Positions 28,312-38,271 of a DNA stretch of 64,000 nucleotides are shown piece by piece (position 1 is the stretch's first letter; the number at the start of each line of letters is the position of its first letter). This DNA comes from an uncultured Alphaproteobacteria bacterium (GTDB taxonomy: Bacteria > Pseudomonadota > Alphaproteobacteria > HIMB59 > GCA-002718135): positions 10,461-74,460 of the forward strand of contig CACILT010000005.1 in the NCBI GenBank assembly GCA_902587565.1, written 5' to 3'. The notes under the pieces are model-generated. The model did no database searches. It saw only the letters and a program-made list of their open reading frames with translations, and was not told where the DNA came from. The translations under genes were made by a program, and so were the position numbers.

Positions 28312-29235
28312 ATGCTACTTAAAACGTACAATAAAATATATGATACTGATATTGGATACAGTTTCTTTAATTCTAAATTAGCAGTAATTTCTTCAACAAT
28401 ATTTTTTATTATACTTTTTTGTTCTGTATTTGCTGGGATAGTCGCACCTTATAATCCTTTTGATCCAGCATCAGTTTCTTTAATGGATGCCTTTACCCCA
28501 CCAGTATGGTCGGAGGGAGGAAGTTTTAGTTTCATATTAGGAACTGATCAGCAGGGAAGAGATATGTTTTCAACAATGATTTATGGTTCAAGAATTTCAC
28601 TGATCGTTGGTTTTGCATCTATTATTTTTGCAATGATACTTGGAGTTTTTCTTGGAATAACAGCTGGATATATTGGCGGCAGATATGAGATTATTGTAAT
28701 GCGTCTTACAGATGTGCAGTTAACTATTCCAAGTATATTAATGGCTTTACTTGTTGATGGTATTGCAAGGGCAATTATCTCACAATCAATGCATGATGAA
28801 ATGGCAATTTATGTTTTGATTTTTGCCATTGGTATTTCTGAATGGCCTCAGTTTGCAAGAGTATCAAGAGCATCTACTTTAGTAGAAAAAAATAAAGAGT
28901 ATGTTTCGGCTTCAAGAATTATTGGATTATCAAATATATTAATTATGTTTAAGCATATTTTACCAAATATACTTCGGCCCATTTTAGTAATTGCGACAAT
29001 TGGATTAGCACTTGCAATTATTACAGAGTCCACATTAAGTTTTTTAGGTGTTGGCGTTCCACCAACAACACCTTCTCTTGGTACTCTTATAAGGTTTGGA
29101 AATAATTTTTTATTTTCAGGTGAGTGGTGGATTACTTTTTTTCCAGCAATTTTCTTAATTGTTTTAGCATTATCAATTAATTTATTAGGGGATTGGATGA
29201 GAGATGCTTTAAATCCAAAATTAAAAAAGAGATGA
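28312..29235 (+). CDS. ABC transporter permease (DppC/OppC-like)
   Basis: 307 aa. GTDQQGRDMFS motif and an EAA-like loop (EYVSASRIIGLSNILIMFKHILPN). Confidence 0.9.
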   Translation: MLLKTYNKIYDTDIGYSFFNSKLAVISSTIFFIILFCSVFAGIVAPYNPFDPASVSLMDAFTPPVWSEGGSFSFILGTDQQGRDMFSTMIYGSRISLIVGFASIIFAMILGVFLGITAGYIGGRYEIIVMRLTDVQLTIPSILMALLVDGIARAIISQSMHDEMAIYVLIFAIGISEWPQFARVSRASTLVEKNKEYVSASRIIGLSNILIMFKHILPNILRPILVIATIGLALAIITESTLSFLGVGVPPTTPSLGTLIRFGNNFLFSGEWWITFFPAIFLIVLALSINLLGDWMRDALNPKLKKR

Positions 29236-30950
29236 GTTTTTTAGAAGTTAAAAATTTAAACATAAGTTATCCAACACGAAAGGAAACTATTGTTGCAAGT
29301 AAAAATGTAGAATTTTCTTTAAAAAGAGGTGAAATATTAGGAATTGTCGGTGAGTCTGGATCTGGAAAATCTACAATTGCAAATGCGATAATTAACTTGA
29401 TTGATCCTCCAGGTGAAATTACAGATGGCTCAATAAAAATAGACAATATTGAATTAAGAAGTAATGAAGAAATAATTCAAAATATTAGAGGAAAAAAAAT
29501 AGGATTTGTCTTTCAAGACCCTCAAACTTCATTAAATCCACTATTTAAAATAAAAGATCAATTAATTGAAACTATTCAAGCTCACTTAAATTTAAGTTAT
29601 AAAGATTCACTTAAAAAATCAATTCAACTACTTAAAGAGGTTGGAATAGAGAATGCTGAAAAAAGAATTGAGGACTATCCACACCAATTCAGTGGTGGTA
29701 TGCGTCAAAGGGTTGTAATAGCTTTAGCAATAAGTTGTGAGCCTGACTTAATAATAGCAGATGAACCTACAACAGCTTTAGATGTTAGTATTCAATATCA
29801 GATATTAGAGCTTCTTAAGGATCTTACTAAGAAAAGAAATCTTGGAGTTATAATTATTACCCATGATATGGGAGTTATAGCAGAAACAACAGATAAAGTT
29901 ATTGTTATGCGATATGGCCTGATTGTAGAGCAAGGTGATACTAAAGAATTGCTAAAAAATCCAAAATCAACAGAAGCAAAAAGTTTAGTAATTTCAGTAC
30001 CACCAACAAATAAGAAAATTGATAGATTTAAATTGATTAGCCCAGATGGAAAAGAAATTACATCAAATTCTAAAAATCTTACAAAAAATATTATTAAAAC
30101 TTGGGGGGTAAGAGAAAATAAAAATCAAAAACTACTAGAGCTTAAAGATGTTACAAAAATATTTGATGATCAGTCTTTAGGTAGTTTTTTTCCATTTAGT
30201 TCTAAAAATAAAATTCGTGATCAATTGGTTAAAGCAGTCGACAATGTATCATTTGATTTAATTGAAGGTGAAACACTCGGATTAGTAGGTGAATCTGGTT
30301 CTGGTAAATCAACTATTGCAAAAATTATTACAGGACTAGTAAATCCAAATAATGGAAATATTAAGTATAATAATGAGTCATTGTATAACTCCAACAATAA
30401 ATATCAAATTCATAAGAGTAGAGGACAAATTCAAATGATTTTTCAAGATCCTTACTCATCTTTAAACCCAAGATTTAAAGTTAGGGATATAATTTCTGAA
30501 CCAATTAAATTTTTTCAAAAAAATATTAATAATAATAAACTTTTACAAAATATTCATGATTTGATTGATATAGTTGGTATGACACGTAAATCTTTAGATC
30601 GATACCCACATGAGTTTTCTGGAGGACAAAGACAAAGGATATCAATTGCTAGAGCTTTAGCAACAAGACCAAGGTTATTAATTTGTGACGAACCCACTTC
30701 AGCTTTGGATGTAAGTATTCAGGCTCAAATTTTAAATTTATTGAAAGATATACAAGATGAACTTCATTTAACAATGCTTTTTATTAGTCACGATCTTCCT
30801 GTAATACGTCAGATGTGTAATAGAATTGTAGTGCTTAAAAATGGATTAGTATGCGAAAGCAATGAAACTGAAAGTTTGTTTAATAATCCTCAGCACAATT
30901 ATACTAAACAGTTAATTAACTTAATGCCAAAAATAGAATCAATTATTTAG
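29232..30950 (+). CDS. Fused double-NBD ABC ATPase (DppD-DppF type)
   Basis: Two Walker A motifs (GESGSGKST, twice), two [16 protein letters not shown] signatures and two Walker B motifs. The ATG at 29232 overlaps the permease stop (ATGA). It lacks the Cys-rich C-terminal tail seen in the other ATPases here. Confidence 0.9.
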   Translation: MSFLEVKNLNISYPTRKETIVASKNVEFSLKRGEILGIVGESGSGKSTIANAIINLIDPPGEITDGSIKIDNIELRSNEEIIQNIRGKKIGFVFQDPQTSLNPLFKIKDQLIETIQAHLNLSYKDSLKKSIQLLKEVGIENAEKRIEDYPHQFSGGMRQRVVIALAISCEPDLIIADEPTTALDVSIQYQILELLKDLTKKRNLGVIIITHDMGVIAETTDKVIVMRYGLIVEQGDTKELLKNPKSTEAKSLVISVPPTNKKIDRFKLISPDGKEITSNSKNLTKNIIKTWGVRENKNQKLLELKDVTKIFDDQSLGSFFPFSSKNKIRDQLVKAVDNVSFDLIEGETLGLVGESGSGKSTIAKIITGLVNPNNGNIKYNNESLYNSNNKYQIHKSRGQIQMIFQDPYSSLNPRFKVRDIISEPIKFFQKNINNNKLLQNIHDLIDIVGMTRKSLDRYPHEFSGGQRQRISIARALATRPRLLICDEPTSALDVSIQAQILNLLKDIQDELHLTMLFISHDLPVIRQMCNRIVVLKNGLVCESNETESLFNNPQHNYTKQLINLMPKIESII

Positions 30951-31854
30951 TTACATCAAATGAATTGTCTAATTCATTTTTTACCAAATTTATAAAATCT
31001 TCAGTAAATTTTTTTAATTTATTTTTTTTTGAAACTACTATTCCAACTTTATTATCTAAAAATAATTTGTGATTAACTTTTTTAAATACTAATTTTTTAC
31101 TTTCAATTTCTTTTACTGATCCCGCACTTGTAAAAAAAGTTAAATAATTACTGTCTTCAATTAGATAGTTTTTTATAAAAGAAAAAGAGTTTGAAATCAG
31201 ATTTGGATTTATTGAATATAATTTTTCTCCTACATCTCTTTGTATAGAATTCCAAAAAGTAACTGTTCCAGGATGAAAAATTAATGGAAACTTAAAACAA
31301 TCCTCTAGATTAATCTCTGATTTACTAGACAGAATATGTTTAGATGAGCACAACACGCCCATAGGAAAATTATATAAGTAAAGCACCTTTAATGTTTTAG
31401 GTAAATCTTTTGCAAATGTAATGCCAAAATCAGTTTTATTTGTGATCAGATTGTCTAAAATTGTATCAGGTTGCCTTGATGATATTTTTATTTTAATATC
31501 AGGATATTCTTTTCTAAATTTTGAAATTATAGGTGATAAAAATTGAACAGCAAATGTTTCACCTGTTGAAATATTAATTTCTCCAGATGTAGAAGTTTTA
31601 TTTTGTTTTAAATCTGATAAGAAATTATGATTAGTCTCATTTTGAACTTTTAGATGATCAAATAATAATTTTCCTTCATTTGTTAATTCTAATCCTCTAG
31701 CATTTCTTATAAATAATTTTGTTTGAAGTCTGTCTTCTAATTTTTGGATCTGTCTTACTATAGCTGATGAATTAATATTTAAATTTTGAGAAGCTTTTCT
31801 AATAGAGCTATCAAGCGCAGATTGATAAAAATATCTGTACTCAATTGATAACAT
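30943..31854 (-). CDS. LysR-family transcriptional regulator
   Basis: wHTH region SIRKASQNLNINSSAIVRQIQKLEDRL..LFIR. I prefer the Met at 31854 (MLSIEYRYF), which gives the canonical LysR N-terminus and a 92-nt divergent intergenic region. The track start at 31920 would add 22 aa. Confidence 0.85.
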   Translation of the reverse strand: MLSIEYRYFYQSALDSSIRKASQNLNINSSAIVRQIQKLEDRLQTKLFIRNARGLELTNEGKLLFDHLKVQNETNHNFLSDLKQNKTSTSGEINISTGETFAVQFLSPIISKFRKEYPDIKIKISSRQPDTILDNLITNKTDFGITFAKDLPKTLKVLYLYNFPMGVLCSSKHILSSKSEINLEDCFKFPLIFHPGTVTFWNSIQRDVGEKLYSINPNLISNSFSFIKNYLIEDSNYLTFFTSAGSVKEIESKKLVFKKVNHKLFLDNKVGIVVSKKNKLKKFTEDFINLVKNELDNSFDVTK

Positions 31855-31946
31855 ATAAATATTATAAATAAGCGTTGAGAAATTGTCATCACAAAATTGA
31901 TTATATTCTACTTTTGGCATGTAAATTTCTCTGTTAAAAAATCATT

Positions 31947-32438
31947 ATGGACTACAGAGAAAGAGCTAGATTAAATCAGGACAAATCAATTCGTATAAAA
32001 CATATGGCATTTGCAGTAAAAAGTGTAGATGAGGCTCTTGTAAATTATCAATCTTTATTATCTGTTTCTGAAAAAACTGAAAAGGTTATATGGGAGAAAG
32101 CAGAAACAAAAGTAGCAATTTTTTATATTAACGATATCGAGTACCAACTATGTGAGTCTTTAAATAAAAATGGAAGATTCACAGAATGGATAGAGAAATA
32201 TGGAGAAGGTCTCCATCATATCTGTTATGAAGTAGATAATATTGATAAAGCACTTGAACATGCTCAAAAACATAATGCTAAATTAAGAATTTGTGAGGCA
32301 TGTAATGTTTATGGAAGTCATGCCCATCCAGAGGGTTTTGTGGCTTTTCTTGATGATGAAGCCGCAGGAACTGAAATTGAATTTATGCAAGTATACACAG
32401 AAGAAGAATTAAAAAAATACAAAGTAACGGGAGTATAA
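31947..32438 (+). CDS. VOC/glyoxalase-family protein (methylmalonyl-CoA-epimerase-like)
   Basis: IKHMAFAVKSVDEAL and GLHHICYEVDNIDKAL are paired beta-alpha-beta-beta-beta module motifs. Paralog of 60861..61343. Confidence 0.75.
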   Translation: MDYRERARLNQDKSIRIKHMAFAVKSVDEALVNYQSLLSVSEKTEKVIWEKAETKVAIFYINDIEYQLCESLNKNGRFTEWIEKYGEGLHHICYEVDNIDKALEHAQKHNAKLRICEACNVYGSHAHPEGFVAFLDDEAAGTEIEFMQVYTEEELKKYKVTGV

Positions 32439-32440
32439 AA

Positions 32441-33424
32441 ATGTCTAAAACAATTGAAATTGGATCAGCAATTGCTGAACCTGGAAGAATAGCAGAGGGA
32501 AATATTTTTGTTGAAAAATTAGCTGGCGGAAGCGAACTAACAATTCCAGTTACTATAATCAATGGTTCAAAACCTGGACCTTGTTTTTGGATCAACGGAG
32601 GTATTCATGGAGATGAACCTGAAGGTATTCTCACGTGTACACTATTAAAAGAAAAAATTAAACCAGATGATCTTTCAGGTTCAATTGTTATGATACCTGT
32701 TATGAATGTACCCGCAATGGAAGCGGCAGAACGCGGCAATCCATTAGATACCTTCTCATACGATATGAATAGAATTTATCCTGGAAAAAAAGATGGATAC
32801 TTGAGTGAAAGGATTGCACATGTTCATAAAGAATGGATGATTAAATATGCTGATATGGAAATCTCTATTCATTCAGGAGGCGCCCATTCTTATCTTGCAG
32901 AGGCTATGTTTGCAGCCAAAGATGATAAAACGCAAGAACTTGCAAGAGCAATGGGTGAAGATTGGAAAGTATGTCTGTATTCTAATATAACATCGAAAAG
33001 TCCAATGGCAGTAATGGCTGAAAATGGTAAACCAGCACTTACTGTTGAGCTAGGTGGACGATCTTCCACTGCCCCTGGAGCATTTCTCAAAGTAGGACAA
33101 ACATTATTAAAAGCATGTATAAATATTTTAACTCATTATAAAATGATTGAAGGCACACCGCATTATCCTGAAATAAGATATAAAGGCTTTCAGCAAGCTC
33201 TTTTAGCTCCTAAGAGTGGTGTATTTCTTCCTAATCCAAATATTAAATTTTTAACTATGATGAAAAAAAATGATGAGATAGCAAAAATCATTGATTATCA
33301 AGGTAAAGAATTATGTATATTAAAGGCACCAGAAGATGGAATGTTTTTTGGTTTGCGAGCTTTACCAAATGTTACAATAGGGGATTGGTGTTGTTTTTAT
33401 GCTATAATCGAAGGCGAATGGTAA
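32441..33424 (+). CDS. Succinylglutamate desuccinylase/aspartoacylase (AstE/AspA, M14-like) family deacylase
   Basis: Zn motif GGIHGDEPEG, plus DMNRIYPG and SIHSGG. Confidence 0.8.
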   Translation: MSKTIEIGSAIAEPGRIAEGNIFVEKLAGGSELTIPVTIINGSKPGPCFWINGGIHGDEPEGILTCTLLKEKIKPDDLSGSIVMIPVMNVPAMEAAERGNPLDTFSYDMNRIYPGKKDGYLSERIAHVHKEWMIKYADMEISIHSGGAHSYLAEAMFAAKDDKTQELARAMGEDWKVCLYSNITSKSPMAVMAENGKPALTVELGGRSSTAPGAFLKVGQTLLKACINILTHYKMIEGTPHYPEIRYKGFQQALLAPKSGVFLPNPNIKFLTMMKKNDEIAKIIDYQGKELCILKAPEDGMFFGLRALPNVTIGDWCCFYAIIEGEW

Positions 33425-33433
33425 AAAAAATTA

Positions 33434-34339
33434 ATGAAATCTTTTGACAGAGACTTAGTAGGGTATGGTCATTCAAGTCCAAATCCTAGATGGCCAAAAA
33501 AATCAAAACTAGCTATCAATTTTATAGTAAACGTAGAAGAAGGATCAGAGTATTCTCCTTTACTTGGAGATAAAAAATCTGAGTCAGGTCTTTCAGAAGT
33601 TCCAGGCGGAAGACACAAAGAAAATCAAAGAGATTTAGGAATTGAGTCAATTTATGAATATGGTTCAAGAGTAGGTTTTTGGAGATTAACCAGTCTTTTT
33701 GATAAATACAGGATTCCACACACCTATTTTGTGTGTGCATTAACTTTACTTCAAAATAAAGAAATATGTAATTATATTAAAAAATCTCAAAATGATATTT
33801 GTTGTCATGGTTACCGGTGGGAAGAGCATTATAAATTAACTAAAAAAAAAGAAAAAAATCAAATTAGCAAAGCTTTTAATTTAATACAAAAATTGACAAA
33901 TAAAGCTCCAAGAGGCTGGTATTGTAGATATGCCCCAAGTGAAAACACCCGAGAACTAATAGTGCAAAATGGAAACTTCTTATACGATAGCGATGCTTAC
34001 AATGATGATTTGCCCTATTGGGTCAATGTGAATAAGAAAAAACACTTAGTTGTTCCTTATTCACTTGATACAAATGATGTTCATTTCAAACTTCCTTCTG
34101 GTTTTAGTGGATCAAATCAATTTTATGAATATGTTTGTGATACTATAAATTATTTATACAAAGAAGGCGCTCATAAACCAAAAATGTTAAATATTGGCCT
34201 TCATCCAAGACTAATAGGACGACCTGGAAGAATTGTTGCAGTTGAAAAAATAATAAATCATATTAAAAAACTAGATAAGGTCTGGATTTGTAACAGAGAA
34301 GAAATAGCATCTCACTGGATTAAAAACTTCAATGAATGA
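33434..34339 (+). CDS. Polysaccharide-deacetylase-fold hydrolase, PuuE (allantoinase)-like
   Basis: The N-terminus RDLVGYGHSSPNPRWPKKSKLAINFIVNVEEGSE closely follows the PuuE-type signature as I recall it (RDLVGYG..P...WP......V.FV.N.EEG.E). 301 aa. Confidence 0.75.
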   Translation: MKSFDRDLVGYGHSSPNPRWPKKSKLAINFIVNVEEGSEYSPLLGDKKSESGLSEVPGGRHKENQRDLGIESIYEYGSRVGFWRLTSLFDKYRIPHTYFVCALTLLQNKEICNYIKKSQNDICCHGYRWEEHYKLTKKKEKNQISKAFNLIQKLTNKAPRGWYCRYAPSENTRELIVQNGNFLYDSDAYNDDLPYWVNVNKKKHLVVPYSLDTNDVHFKLPSGFSGSNQFYEYVCDTINYLYKEGAHKPKMLNIGLHPRLIGRPGRIVAVEKIINHIKKLDKVWICNREEIASHWIKNFNE

Positions 34340-35579
34340 TACTAAGTACACAAAATATCTTTTTGATTCTGTAAAAAAAATCTCTTTTGCTAATCCTGGT
34401 GTAATAAGAGATACTTATGGAAAGGGCGAAAATTTAACACATGATTTTTTAATAAAAGAAGCAAATAAATTTACCAAAGATATTATTATTGATTATGGAG
34501 GTAACTTTCTAGCCACCTACCCTGGAAAATTGAAAAAAAAAATTGTCATTGGATCACATCTAGATAGTCAAAAACATGGTGGAAATTTTGATGGACTTAC
34601 TGGCGTGATAATGGGTCTAGTATTAATAAAATTCTTTTTTGAGAATAACATAAGACCAAAATATTCAATATCAGTGATGGGTATTAGAGGAGAGGAAAGT
34701 TGTTGGTTTCCATACAGTTATATCGGAAGTAAAATTGCAGTTGGAAAATTTGACAAGAAACTATTAGATTCTTTAAAAAGATCAGATACTAAAAAATCTC
34801 TTTCATATCATATAAACAAATCAGGTTTTAATGCTAAGAAAGTATCTAAAAAAAAAATAAAATTCGATATTAAAAATTTTAAATTTTTTATTGAGCCTCA
34901 TATAGAACAAGGTCCAGTGCTTGAAAAAAAGAAAATACCCCTAGGTATAGTTACAGGAATAAGAGGAAGTTTTAGATTCAGAGATGCTTTTTGTAAAGGT
35001 GAATATTTACATTCTGGAGCGACTCCTTATGATTATAGGAAAGATTCTGTTGTTGCAGTATCCAATTTAGTAAATGAAATGAATATTTTTTGGAAAGCAC
35101 AACTAAAAAAAAATAAAGATTTAGTTATAACCTTTGGTCAATTTTTTACTGATAATGAGGAGCATTCTTTTGCAAAAAGCTCTGGTCTTGTTAATTTTTG
35201 TATAGATGTAAGAAGCAATTCAAAAAATACACTTGAATATACCAAAAAAATTTTAATCAAAAAAATTAAATTAATTGAAAAACAAACAAAGACAAAATTT
35301 TTTTTAGGTAAGGAAACAAATTCAGAACCAGCATTAATGGATAAAAAATTAATAAAAAAGTTTCAAATCTATTCCAAAATGATTTCGATGAAATTTGAAA
35401 CTATGGCAAGTGGAGCAGGGCATGATGCTAGTGTTTTTGCAAATCATGGCATACCTTCTTTAATGTTATTTATAAGAAATAAGAATGGGAGCCACAATCC
35501 AAAAGAATATATGAGTATTAAAAATTTTGAAGAAGTTTTTAAAGTCTTAAAAGGTATTATTAAGGATAATTATATCTAA
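34332..35579 (+). CDS. M20-family amidohydrolase (allantoate amidohydrolase / N-carbamoyl-amino-acid hydrolase type)
   Basis: GSHLDSQKHGGNFDGLTGV and a C-terminal SGAGHDA motif. 415 aa. Confidence 0.85.
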   Translation: MNDTKYTKYLFDSVKKISFANPGVIRDTYGKGENLTHDFLIKEANKFTKDIIIDYGGNFLATYPGKLKKKIVIGSHLDSQKHGGNFDGLTGVIMGLVLIKFFFENNIRPKYSISVMGIRGEESCWFPYSYIGSKIAVGKFDKKLLDSLKRSDTKKSLSYHINKSGFNAKKVSKKKIKFDIKNFKFFIEPHIEQGPVLEKKKIPLGIVTGIRGSFRFRDAFCKGEYLHSGATPYDYRKDSVVAVSNLVNEMNIFWKAQLKKNKDLVITFGQFFTDNEEHSFAKSSGLVNFCIDVRSNSKNTLEYTKKILIKKIKLIEKQTKTKFFLGKETNSEPALMDKKLIKKFQIYSKMISMKFETMASGAGHDASVFANHGIPSLMLFIRNKNGSHNPKEYMSIKNFEEVFKVLKGIIKDNYI

Positions 35580-35739
35580 TTACAATTAACACAACACTGG
35601 TCGACCCAATGTCCTGGCTCTACTTCAATCAAACCCATTTCAATATTACCTCCTTTACAATCTATACCAGGGTTTGGACATCGTGTTCGAAAAACACAAC
35701 CTGAAGGAGGATTAATAGGACTGGGAATATCACCTTTAA
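35576..35739. repeat. 164-bp direct repeat, copy 1 (3' end of ATPase gene)
   Basis: Matches 46856..47019 with only 2 mismatches (35588-35589 aa versus 46868-46869 tg). Identity drops sharply beyond 35739/47019. Confidence 0.9.
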
Positions 35740-37414
35740 TTAATATTTTTTCTTTATTTTTTCCTTTTACTTTTGGTACTGCAGATAAAAGTGCTCGAGT
35801 GTAAGAATGTTTAGGACTGTTAAATAACTTTGATACTGGTGCTATCTCTACGATATGACCCAAATACATAACTGCAACTTTATCACAAAAAAATTCAATT
35901 ACGCTTAAATCATGTGAAATAAAAATCATTGTTAGATTATAAGTTTTTTTTAATTTTTCTAATAAATTTAAAACCTGTGCCTGAATAGAAACATCTAAAG
36001 CAGAGACAGGCTCATCAGCTACAATAAATTCTGGCTTAAGTACTAAAGCCCTTGCAATACCAATTCTCTGTCTTTGTCCCCCAGAAAATTCATGAGGAAA
36101 TCTTCTTAGACTTTCTATAGGCAATCCTACGTCGTTAATTATTTCTTTAATATAATTAATAGCTTCATTTTTTTTCATTAAATTATGTACAAGTATAGGT
36201 TCAATCAATGTATCTAAAATATTTTTTCTTGGATTTAAACTTGCAAAAGGATCTTGAAAAATCATTTGCATTTTTTGTCTTATTTTAATCATTTGTTTAT
36301 TTGAATATTCTGAAATATTTTCATTATTAAAATAAATTTGACCTCTAGAGGGTTGTAATAATTTAATTATAGATTTACCTAAAGTTGATTTACCTGAACC
36401 TGATTCTCCAACTAAACCTAACACTTCATTTTTCTTTACATTCAATGAAATATTCTGAACAGCTTTTACAGTTTCATTTGATTCTTTAAAAAAACCTTTT
36501 TCTACAGGGAACTCTTTAAATAAATTTTCTATTTTTAGTATTATTTCATTATCATCAACTTTAGTTTGTTTATTATCATCTTTTTTAGTTAATTTGCGTT
36601 CTTCCAATTTAAATTCGGGTAATGATTGAATAAGATTTCTAGTGTACGAATGTTTAGGATTATCAAATACTTCTTTAACTTGACCCTCTTCCACAATTTC
36701 ACCATGATACATAACAATAACTCTATCAGCTAATTCCCGAACAATACCAAGGTCATGTGTAATAAATAAAATACTAGTTTTAGATACAATTGAATTTTTT
36801 AACTTCATTAATAATTGTAATAACTGAGCTTGAATGGTGACATCTAATGCAGATGTAGGCTCATCAGCAATTATCAGTTTAGGAGTACATGCTAGAGCAA
36901 TTGAAATCATTACTCTTTGTCTCATTCCACCAGAGAGTTGATGTGGATACTCCCTAGCTCTTTGAGTTGGATCAGGTATTTCAACTAGACCCAATAAATC
37001 AATCATTTCTTTAACTGCTTTGGTTTTAGAGATTTTTTTGTGATTTAGAATAACCTCAACTATTTGATCACCAATAGTCATAGTTGGATTAAGACATGTC
37101 ATTGGTTCTTGGAAAACCATTGAAATATCATTTCCTCTTATCAAGTTATGTTTATCATCAGTAAGTTTTAAAATATTTACTTGATTATTTTTTTTATCAA
37201 TTAAATTTATATTACCTTCTTGAATATAGGCATTGTTGGGTAGAAGGCCCATAATGGAGAGGCTGGTAACAGTTTTGCCTGAACCTGATTCTCCAACTAA
37301 AGCAAGAACTTCTCCTTCATTAATCTTAAAGGAAATATTTTTTAAAGCTTGTTTTGATCCATAATCGGACTGAAAGGCAGTACTTAAATTTGAAACATTC
37401 AAAATTTCTACCAT
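35576..37414 (-). CDS. Fused double-NBD ABC ATPase (DppD-DppF type) with Cys-rich C-terminal tail
   Basis: Two Walker A motifs ([17 protein letters not shown]) and two signature motifs. The tail reads [43 protein letters not shown]. Confidence 0.9.
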   Translation of the reverse strand: MVEILNVSNLSTAFQSDYGSKQALKNISFKINEGEVLALVGESGSGKTVTSLSIMGLLPNNAYIQEGNINLIDKKNNQVNILKLTDDKHNLIRGNDISMVFQEPMTCLNPTMTIGDQIVEVILNHKKISKTKAVKEMIDLLGLVEIPDPTQRAREYPHQLSGGMRQRVMISIALACTPKLIIADEPTSALDVTIQAQLLQLLMKLKNSIVSKTSILFITHDLGIVRELADRVIVMYHGEIVEEGQVKEVFDNPKHSYTRNLIQSLPEFKLEERKLTKKDDNKQTKVDDNEIILKIENLFKEFPVEKGFFKESNETVKAVQNISLNVKKNEVLGLVGESGSGKSTLGKSIIKLLQPSRGQIYFNNENISEYSNKQMIKIRQKMQMIFQDPFASLNPRKNILDTLIEPILVHNLMKKNEAINYIKEIINDVGLPIESLRRFPHEFSGGQRQRIGIARALVLKPEFIVADEPVSALDVSIQAQVLNLLEKLKKTYNLTMIFISHDLSVIEFFCDKVAVMYLGHIVEIAPVSKLFNSPKHSYTRALLSAVPKVKGKNKEKILIKGDIPSPINPPSGCVFRTRCPNPGIDCKGGNIEMGLIEVEPGHWVDQCCVNCN

Positions 37415-37416
37415 AA

Positions 37417-38271
37417 CTACACTTTACCTTTATCTACTGATTGTCTCGCATCAAGTGCAATACTTAGCCTATCACCTAGTAAGTTAACCGACATAACAGT
37501 TAAAAATAAAAAAAGTCCTGGATAAATCATAGTCCAGGGCGCATATCGCATATACTCTCTTCCTGAACTCAACATGGCACCCCATTCGGGTTCAGGAGGT
37601 TGTGCACCTAATCCAAGAAAACTTAAGGATGCTATAGAAATTATAGCACCACCTAAATCCATAGTTGCAATAACTATGATTATTGGAAATATATTTGGAA
37701 GAATATGATTAAACATTATTCTTATTTTTCCAAAACCCATATTTACACATGCTTCAATATAAGGTTGCTCTTTAACTTGTAGTGCCGCTGAACGAATAAT
37801 TCTTGCAAAATGTGGAATACTTGCCAATCCTACTGCGAACACGACATTCCATAAACCAACACCAATTATTGCAACAACTAAAAGAGACAAAAGGAAGGAT
37901 GGGAAACCAAACATAACATCAATTATTCTTGACCCAATAATATCCACTCTACCACCGATATATGCTATTGTTATTCCAAAAATACTACCAGCAATTATAC
38001 CAAATAAAACTGAAATCACACCCACACTTAAAGAATATCGCGCTCCATAAACAATTCTAGAAAATACATCTCTCCCATGAATATCTGTGCCAAATAAAAA
38101 ATCCCAACTAGGTGGGGCTAATCTTGGCCCAGTATCAACTTCATTCCAATTATATGGAGCAATCAATGGTGCAAAAATTGCTCCAATAATTATAATTAAA
38201 AGAAATATTCCGCCAAAAGCTGATCCTTTATTCAATAAAAATCTTTTTAAAATAATTGAAAAATTTTTCAT
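37417..38271 (-). CDS. ABC transporter permease (DppC/OppC-like)
   Basis: 284 aa. GTDIHGRDVFSR motif, 6 TM. Confidence 0.9.
   Translation of the reverse strand: MKNFSIILKRFLLNKGSAFGGIFLLIIIIGAIFAPLIAPYNWNEVDTGPRLAPPSWDFLFGTDIHGRDVFSRIVYGARYSLSVGVISVLFGIIAGSIFGITIAYIGGRVDIIGSRIIDVMFGFPSFLLSLLVVAIIGVGLWNVVFAVGLASIPHFARIIRSAALQVKEQPYIEACVNMGFGKIRIMFNHILPNIFPIIIVIATMDLGGAIISIASLSFLGLGAQPPEPEWGAMLSSGREYMRYAPWTMIYPGLFLFLTVMSVNLLGDRLSIALDARQSVDKGKV

Noticed and set aside
2127-31920. The longer N-terminal extensions implied by the ORF-track starts at 2127, 21628, 23675, 25677, 29193 and 31920.
   Set aside because: In each case a downstream ATG gives the canonical family N-terminus, removes an implausible overlap, and/or is preceded by an RBS. 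An example is GGAGG before 25713.
35576-35739. The 164-bp repeat as a MITE, REP or other mobile element.
   Set aside because: Both copies are in-frame coding sequence for the conserved C-terminal tail of ABC ATPases. They start exactly at the stop codon and have no terminal inverted repeats or target-site duplications. Gene conversion between paralogs explains them better.
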